Source: Macrostomum lignano
Taxonomy: Eukaryota
Direction of reading: 5' to 3'
DNA length: 64,000 nucleotides
Assembly (NCBI GenBank): GCA_002269645.1
Contig: NIVC01000214.1
Location: forward strand, 7,559-71,558
Made by a program: the position numbers and the translations under genes. This document shows, piece after piece, positions 23,771-64,000 of the stretch (positions within the stretch are counted from its first letter, which is position 1; every line of letters begins with the position of its first letter). The notes under the pieces are model-generated. The model had not been told where the DNA came from, searched no databases, and saw only the letters and a program-made list of their open reading frames with translations.

Positions 23771-24281
23771 CAAAATCGTTCGCGAACCCGCCCCTGAGAT
23801 TCGCAAATGCGCCCAAAAACGGCTCCCAAGTCCGCCTCAAATAGCAATGTTGAATCAGAATTCCGCAGTTCTTTTCGCCTGTCCGGTTTGAAAAATCGTA
23901 TTAGCAGCAGCCCAGCGCAGTTGACCCTTCAGTCGGCAATGGAGGAATTCTGTGCAGGGAAGCAGTTGCCCCGTTTGAAGGTTATGTCCATGTCAACTGT
24001 TTCAGTTGCTAACCATAGGTAGCTGTGCTACACTCTTCCCTGCGATTTGAACTGTTCAGAATTGCTGCCCTCCGTCTTGAAATTTGTTTGTTCTTTCTGA
24101 ACTCGCCGACACGTCAAGCATTACGAACACAAAACCGTAAAGCTCTGAATTGTAAAGAAATCGGCCTATCATAAATCACTGTTATCACTGCGGTCGGGTA
24201 CTGTATTTCTTTCAAGTGAAAGTAACTGCTTTGCCGTGTGTTTTCCATATTAGTTTAAGAAACGGTCACTAAATTATATCC

Positions 24282-24358
24282 GTACTATTACCACTACCAC
24301 TACTACCACTACTACTACTACTACTACTACCTCTACTACTACTACTACTACTATACTG

Positions 24359-24415
<57 letters not shown>

Positions 24416-24507
24416 TACTGCTACTACTACTACTAATACTACTACTACTACTACTAATACTACTACTACTACTAATACTACTACTACTACTACTATTATT
24501 ACTACCA

Positions 24508-24560
<53 letters not shown>

Positions 24561-24702
24561 GCTACTACTACTACTACTGCTACTACTACTGCTACTACTA
24601 CTATTATTACTACCACTACCACTACTACCACTACTACTACTACTACTACTAATACTACTACTACTACTAATACTACTACTACTACTACTATTATTACTAC
24701 CA

Positions 24703-24782
<80 letters not shown>

Positions 24783-24894
24783 GCTACTACTACCACTACT
24801 ACTACTACTACTACTACTATTATTACTACCACTACTACTGCTACTACTACTGCTACTACTACTACTGCTACTACTACTACTACTGCTACTACTG

Positions 24895-24951
<57 letters not shown>

Positions 24952-24955
24952 TTAA
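24282..24955. repeat. (ACT)n trinucleotide microsatellite
   Basis: Direct inspection; the poly-Val ORF is an artefact. Confidence 0.97.
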
Positions 24956-25137
24956 TACGAGCGTACTACAAAAACGTCAATACAATTCTTTAAAGCTATT
25001 TCAGTTTAAGTTTCTCCGCTTTTAAAAGAAAACCAAATGAAAAAAAATTATAAAATATTTTTCATGCCACCACCGCTATTAGAAGCAGCAGCAGAAGACT
25101 CGTAAAGACAGGCAACAACTTGCAATAGCTAGCTTTG

Positions 25138-58484
<33,347 letters not shown>

Positions 58485-58494
58485 GGGACTTTCG

Positions 58495-58760
58495 GCTCAA
58501 AATGGGAATTTTTGAGTCCAGTGTCATCAAATTGGGATTTTTGAGTCCAGTGTCATCAAATTGGGATTTTGGAGTCCAGTGTCATCAAATTGGGATTTTT
58601 GAGTCCAGTGTCATCAAATTGGGATTTTGGAGTCCAGTGTCATCAAATTGGGATTTTTGAGTCCAGTGTCATCAAATTGGGATTTTGGAGTCCAGTGTCA
58701 TAAAATTGAGATTTTCGAGTCCAAGTGTCATCGAATTGGGATTTTTGAGTCCAGTGTCGA
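58495..58760. repeat. 29-bp minisatellite (AAATTGGGATTTTTGAGTCCAGTGTCATC)
   Basis: Begins about 10 nt after the ASNSD1 stop. Confidence 0.9.
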
Positions 58761-58974
58761 AGTAGGGATTGTTAGTCGATTCTGTGACCATGAACTTTCT
58801 TGCTTATTGTTCGTAAACAGCTGGTAAAATTCTTATGCAAAGTATAATGCAACTTTGCTGCAGCATTTCTACATAGCTTTAAGCTCTGGCGAAAAATATA
58901 ACTGTTTAACTTTGAATGAATTCCTTTTCTCAAGTTTTTTATGGCTCCAATTTCTTTTTTACAAATAATTTATG

Positions 58975-60612
58975 ATCTCATTAGTCATATTTATTTGTCA
59001 CATTCTACTCTCGTTAGTCACATTCTACCAGCTCTCATTGGTCGCATTATTCTCTCATTAGCCGCATTCTACTCTCATCAGTGACATTCTACTCTCATTA
59101 GTCACAGTCTACTCTCATTGGTCACATTCTACACTCATTGGTCACATTCTACTCTCATTAGTCACAGTCTACTCTCATTTGTCACATTCTACTCTCATTG
59201 GTCACATTCTACTCTCATTAGTCACATTCTACTCTCATTTGTCACATTCTACTCTCATTGGTCACATTCTACACTCATTGGTCACATTCTACATTCATTG
59301 GTCACATTGTACTCTCATTGGTCACATTCTACTCTCATTGGTCACATTCTACTCTCATTGGTCACATTGTACTCTCATTGGTCACATTCTACTCTCATTG
59401 GTTACATTCTACTCTCATTAGTGAAATTTTACACTCATTAGTCACATTCTACTCTCATTAGTCACATTCTACTCTCATTAGTCACAGTCTACACTCATTG
59501 GTCACATTCTACACTCATTGGTCACATTCTACATTCATTTGTCACATTGTACTCTCATTGGTCACATTCTACTCTCATTGGTCACATTCTACACTCATTG
59601 GTCACATTCTACTCTCATTAGTGAAATTTTACACTCATTAGTCACATTCTACTCTCATTAGTCACATTCTAATCTCATTAGTCACATTCTACTCTCATTA
59701 GTCACATTCTACTCTCATTAGTCACATTCTAATCTCATTAGTCACATTCTACTTTCATTAATCACATTCTAATCTCATTAGTCACATTCTACTCTCATTA
59801 GTCACATTCTACTCTCATTAGTCACATTCTACTCTCATTAGTCACAGTCTACACTCATTGGTCACATTCTACACTCATTGGTCACATTCTACTCTCATTG
59901 GTTACATTCTACTCTCATTAGTGAAATTTTACACTCATTAGTCACATTCTAATCTCATTAGTCACATTCTACACTTATTGGTCACATTCTACACTCATTG
60001 GTCACATTATGACTACTCTCATTAGTCACATTCTACTCTTATTAGTCACATTCTACACTCATTGGTCACATTCTACACTCATTAGTCACATTCTACTCTC
60101 ATTGGTCACATTCTACACTTATTGGTCACATTATGACTACTCTCATTAGTCACATTCTACTCTCATTAGTCACATTCTAATCTCATTAGTCACATTCTAC
60201 TCTCATTAGTCACATTCTACTCTCATTAGTCACATTCTACTCTCATTAGTCACATTCTACTCTCATTAGTCACATTCTACACTCATTAGTCACATTCTAC
60301 TCTCATTGGTCACATTCTACACTTATTGGTCACATTATGACTACTCTCATTAGTCACATTCTACTCTCATTAGTCACATTCTAATCTCATTAGTCACATT
60401 CTACTCTCATTAGTCACATTCTACTCTCATTAGTCACATTCTACTCTCATTAGTCACATTCTACTCTCATTAGTCACAGTCTACACTCATTGGTCACATT
60501 CTACACTCATTGGTCACATTCTACTCTCATTGGTTACATTCTACTCTCATTAGTGAAATTTTACACTCATTAGTCACATTCTACTCTCATTAGTCACATT
60601 ATGACTACTCTC
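58975..60612. repeat. 20-bp minisatellite (GTCACATTCTACTCTCATTA)
   Basis: Direct inspection. Confidence 0.95.
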
Positions 60613-61089
60613 AGGGTGACAGCGACCCTGAATTTCTAATCGCCAGGCATGTACACTGCCTGTGCCTTGGAGGGCCGGTTCTTATGGGCGAGAATTGCCA
60701 TTTTTGCTCCTCACTGATTCACACGAATGTAAAAGGAAACTCGCACGAAACGATCCGATGCTTTTCAATTATTCGTGCCAATATCAGCAGCCAGCAGGAA
60801 TATTCCAAAAATGGTTATGAAAATGAAAAACGACTCTTTTGCTCGCAGAGAAGTACTCTCTGCATGCCGGGGCACGAGACAGCGCGGCAATCGTGTTAAT
60901 CTAGCGTTTAATTTTGTATCCATCGATTTTTAAACTGGGGACCAGCAAAGTCAAAGCGACTTGAGGCTGTGCTGTCAGTTGGCCCGCGGCTTGAAGCGAA
61001 TGCTGCGTCCGTATCTGAAATTCATTTGCGGTTTACAGACTTACATGTTAGTTACTTTAGTACATACTCTGCACAATCATCTCATTAGA

Positions 61090-63410
61090 GCCTTCATTGG
61101 GTTTGGGTGCAATTTCATTGGGTTTGGGTGCCATTTCATTGGGTTTGGGTGCCATTTTATTGGATTTAGGTGCTTTTTCATTGGGTTTGGGTGCCATTTC
61201 ATTGGGTTTGGGTGCCATTTCATTGGATTTAGGTGCTTTATCATTGGGTTTGGGTGCCATTTCATTGGGTTTGGGTGCCATTTCATTGGGTTTGGGCGCC
61301 ATTTTATTGGGTTTAAGCACCATTTCATTGAAGTTGGGTGCCATTTCATTGGGTTTGGGTGCCATTTCATTGGGTTTGGGCGCCATTTCATTGGGTTTGG
61401 GTGCCATTTCATTGGGTTTGGAGCCATTTCATTGGGTTTAAGCGCCATTTCATTGAAGTTGGGTGCCATTTCATTGGGTTTGGGTGCCATTTCATTGGGT
61501 TTGGGCGCCATTTCATTGGGTTTGGGTGCCATTTCATTGGGTTTGGGTGCCATTTCATTGGGTTTGCGCCATTTCATTGGGTTTGGGTGCCATTTCATTG
61601 GGTTTGGGTGCCATTTCATTGGGTTTGGGTGCCATTTCATTGGTTTGGGTGCCATTTCATTGGGTTTGGGTGCCATTTCATTGGGTTTGGGTGCCATTTC
61701 ATTGGGTTTGGGTGCCATTTCATTGGGTTTGGGTGCATTTCATTGGAGTTGGGTGCCATTTCATTGGTTTGGGTGCCATTTCATTGGGTTTGGGCGCCAT
61801 TTCATTGGGTTTGGGTGCCATTTCATTGGGTTTGGGTGCCATTTCATTGGGTTTGGGCGCCATTTCATTGGGTTTAAGCACCATTTCATTGAAGTTGGGT
61901 GCCATTTCATTGGGTTTGGGTGCCATTTCATTGGGTTTGGGCGCCATTTCATTGGGTTTGGGTGCCATTTCATTGGGTTTGGCCATTTCATTGGGTTTAA
62001 GCGCCATTTCATTGGAGTTGGGTGCCATTTCATTGGATTTGGGTGCCATTTCATTGGGTTTGGGCGCCATTTCATTGGTTTGGGTGCCATTTCATTGGGT
62101 TTGGGTGCCATTTCATTGGGTTTAAGCGCCATTTCATTGGAGTTTGGGTGCCATTTCATTGGATTTGGGTGCCATTTCATTGGATTTTGGGTGCCATTTC
62201 ATTGGATTTGGGTGCCATTTCATTGGGTTTGGGTGCCATTTCATTGGGTTTGGGTGCCATTTCATTGGGTTTGGGTGCCATTTCATTGGGTTTGGGTGCA
62301 TTTCATTGGTTGGGTGCCATTTCATTGGTTTGGGTGCCATTTCATTGGGTTTGGGCGCCATTTCATTGGATTTGGGTGCCATTTCATTGGGTTTGGGTGC
62401 CATTTCATTGGGTTTGGGTGCCATTTCATTGGGTTTGGTGCCATTTCATTGGGTTTGGGTGCCATTTCATTGGGTTTGGGTGCCAGTTCATTGGGTTTAG
62501 GGTGCCATTTCATTGGATTTGGGTGCATTTCATTGGTTTGGGTGCCATTTCATTGGGTTGGGTGCCATTTCATTGGATTTGGGTGCTATTTCATTGGATT
62601 TGGGTGCCATTTCATTGGGTTTGGGTGCCATTTCATTGGGTTTAAGCGCCATTTCATTGGGTTTGGGCGCCATTTCATTGGTTTGGGTGCCATTTCATTG
62701 GTTTGGGTGCCATTTCATTGGGTTTGGGTGCCATTTCATTGGGTTTGGGTGCCATTTCATTGGGTTTGGGTGCCATTTCATTGGGTTAGGGTGCCATTTC
62801 ATTGGATTTGGGTGTCATTTCATTGGATTTGGGTGCCATTTCATTGGATTTGGGTGCTATTTCATTGGATTTGGGTGCCATTTCATTGGGTTTGGGTGCC
62901 ATTTCATTGGGTTTGGGTGTCATTTCATTGGAGTTGGGTGCCATTTCATTGGATTTGGGTGCCATTTCATTGGATTTGGGTGCCATTTCATTGGATTTGG
63001 GTGCCATTTCATTGGGTTTGGGTGCCATTTCATTGGGTTTGGGTGCCATTTCATTGGGTTTGGGTGTCATTTCATTGGGTTAAGCGCCATTTCATTGGAG
63101 TTGGGTGCCATTTCATTGGATTTGGGTGCTATTTCATTGGATTTGGGTGCTATTTCATTGGGTTTGGGTGCCATTTCATTGGGTTTGGGCGCCATTTTAT
63201 TGGGTTTAAGCACCATTTCATTGAAGTTGGGTGCCATTTCATTGGGTTTGGGTGCCATTTCATTGGGTTTGGGTGCCATTTCATTGGGTTTGGGTGCCAT
63301 TTCATTGGTTAGGGTGCCATTTCATTGGGTTTAAGCGCCATTTCATTGGAGTTGGGTGCCAATTTCATTGGATTTGGGTGCTATTTCATTGGGTTTGGGT
63401 GCTTTGTTCT
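61090..63410. repeat. 21-bp minisatellite (GGGTTTGGGTGCCATTTCATT)
   Basis: Direct inspection; the 783-aa ORF and neighbouring ORFs are artefacts. Confidence 0.96.
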
Positions 63411-63769
63411 TTGGCGTAATAAGCAGATAAGCTCTCTCAGGGGCATCATTAACCAATCAAGGACCAGCTATTGAGAAGCCTGTCTGAGCAAGCCTGATTT
63501 CCACTTCATTTTGGAAGCGCTCGAACCCACCAAGTTCAATTTGTATTCTCGGCTAAGGCTTCCTGGGCCACTTAGCGCACTGGAAATGGCTTCGATTTAC
63601 ACTCGTAGCTTTGAAAAGTTGAAAAGTAAAACTGTTGCCTTACACTGTAGAAAATAATTCATAAACTGGCTAAGATTCACAGGCTCACTAATCACGGTGC
63701 TTCATCCATTTATGAATTTTTGAGGGAAAGCTGTTAGAGTGCAGAAGAAATTTAGGAAGAGGATGGAAA

Positions 63770-64000
63770 GGGTGAGGGAGAGAGGGCAGAAGAGTGAGGG
63801 AGAGAGGGTAGAAGAGTGAGGGAGAGAGGGCAGAAGAGTAAGGGAGAGAGGGCATAAGAGTGAGGAGAGAGGGCAGAAGAGTGAGGGAGAGAGGGTAGAA
63901 GAGTGAGGGAGAGAGGGCAAAGAAGTGAGGGAGAGAGGGCAGAAGAGTGAGGGAGAGAGGGTAGAAGATGAGGGAGAGAGGGTAGAAGAGTGAGGAGAGA
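63770..64000. repeat. Purine-rich ~22-bp minisatellite (GAGTGAGGGAGAGAGGGCAGAA), runs off the window
   Basis: Direct inspection. Confidence 0.9.

Noticed and set aside
21677-25137. ASDURF (prefoldin-like uORF found upstream of vertebrate ASNSD1)
   Set aside because: No frame resembles it; only a 13-codon uORF (MPPPLLEAAAEDS, ~25064-25105) is seen. A sensitive profile search would be needed to exclude tiny exons.
60961-63419. 783-aa and overlapping repeat ORFs
   Set aside because: Translations of a 21-bp tandem repeat with frame switching.

Overview
Eukaryotic (animal) genomic DNA with spliceosomal introns, GC-rich CDSs containing poly-Ala/Gln runs and a very high density of micro/minisatellites. 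This pattern resembles the flatworm Macrostomum, but the taxon is an inference. Six protein-coding genes can be supported: (1) an intronless divergent class A GPCR (418-1602, +); (2) a two-exon DEDD-like death-fold protein (9681-11489, -); (3) LYRM1 (16132-16527, +); (4) a GTF3C6/TFIIIC subunit 6-like exon with no ATG of its own (21290-21676, +); (5) an 11-exon ASNSD1 (25138-58484, +; 1917 nt CDS, 638 aa, all splice phases consistent); (6) an NPY/NPF-receptor-like GPCR nested antisense in ASNSD1 intron 8 (44738-50007, -). The window also holds two different tRNA-derived SINEs (one CORE-like, with a TSD), a 650-bp non-autonomous DNA transposon with TIRs and an 8-bp TSD, and about 30 distinct tandem arrays. 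Most long ORFs in the supplied track are artefacts of these arrays. Best leads: a start codon possibly supplied by a spliced leader, within a possible LYRM1-GTF3C6-ASNSD1 operon; the DEDD-like protein; two convergent Pol III B-boxes bracketing a 3-kb satellite next to the TFIIIC gene; and minisatellites that hug exon boundaries and carry arrays of canonical TF motifs (CCAAT, GTCACGTGAC, CCGGAAGT). All coordinates were read by eye; repeat boundaries are approximate.
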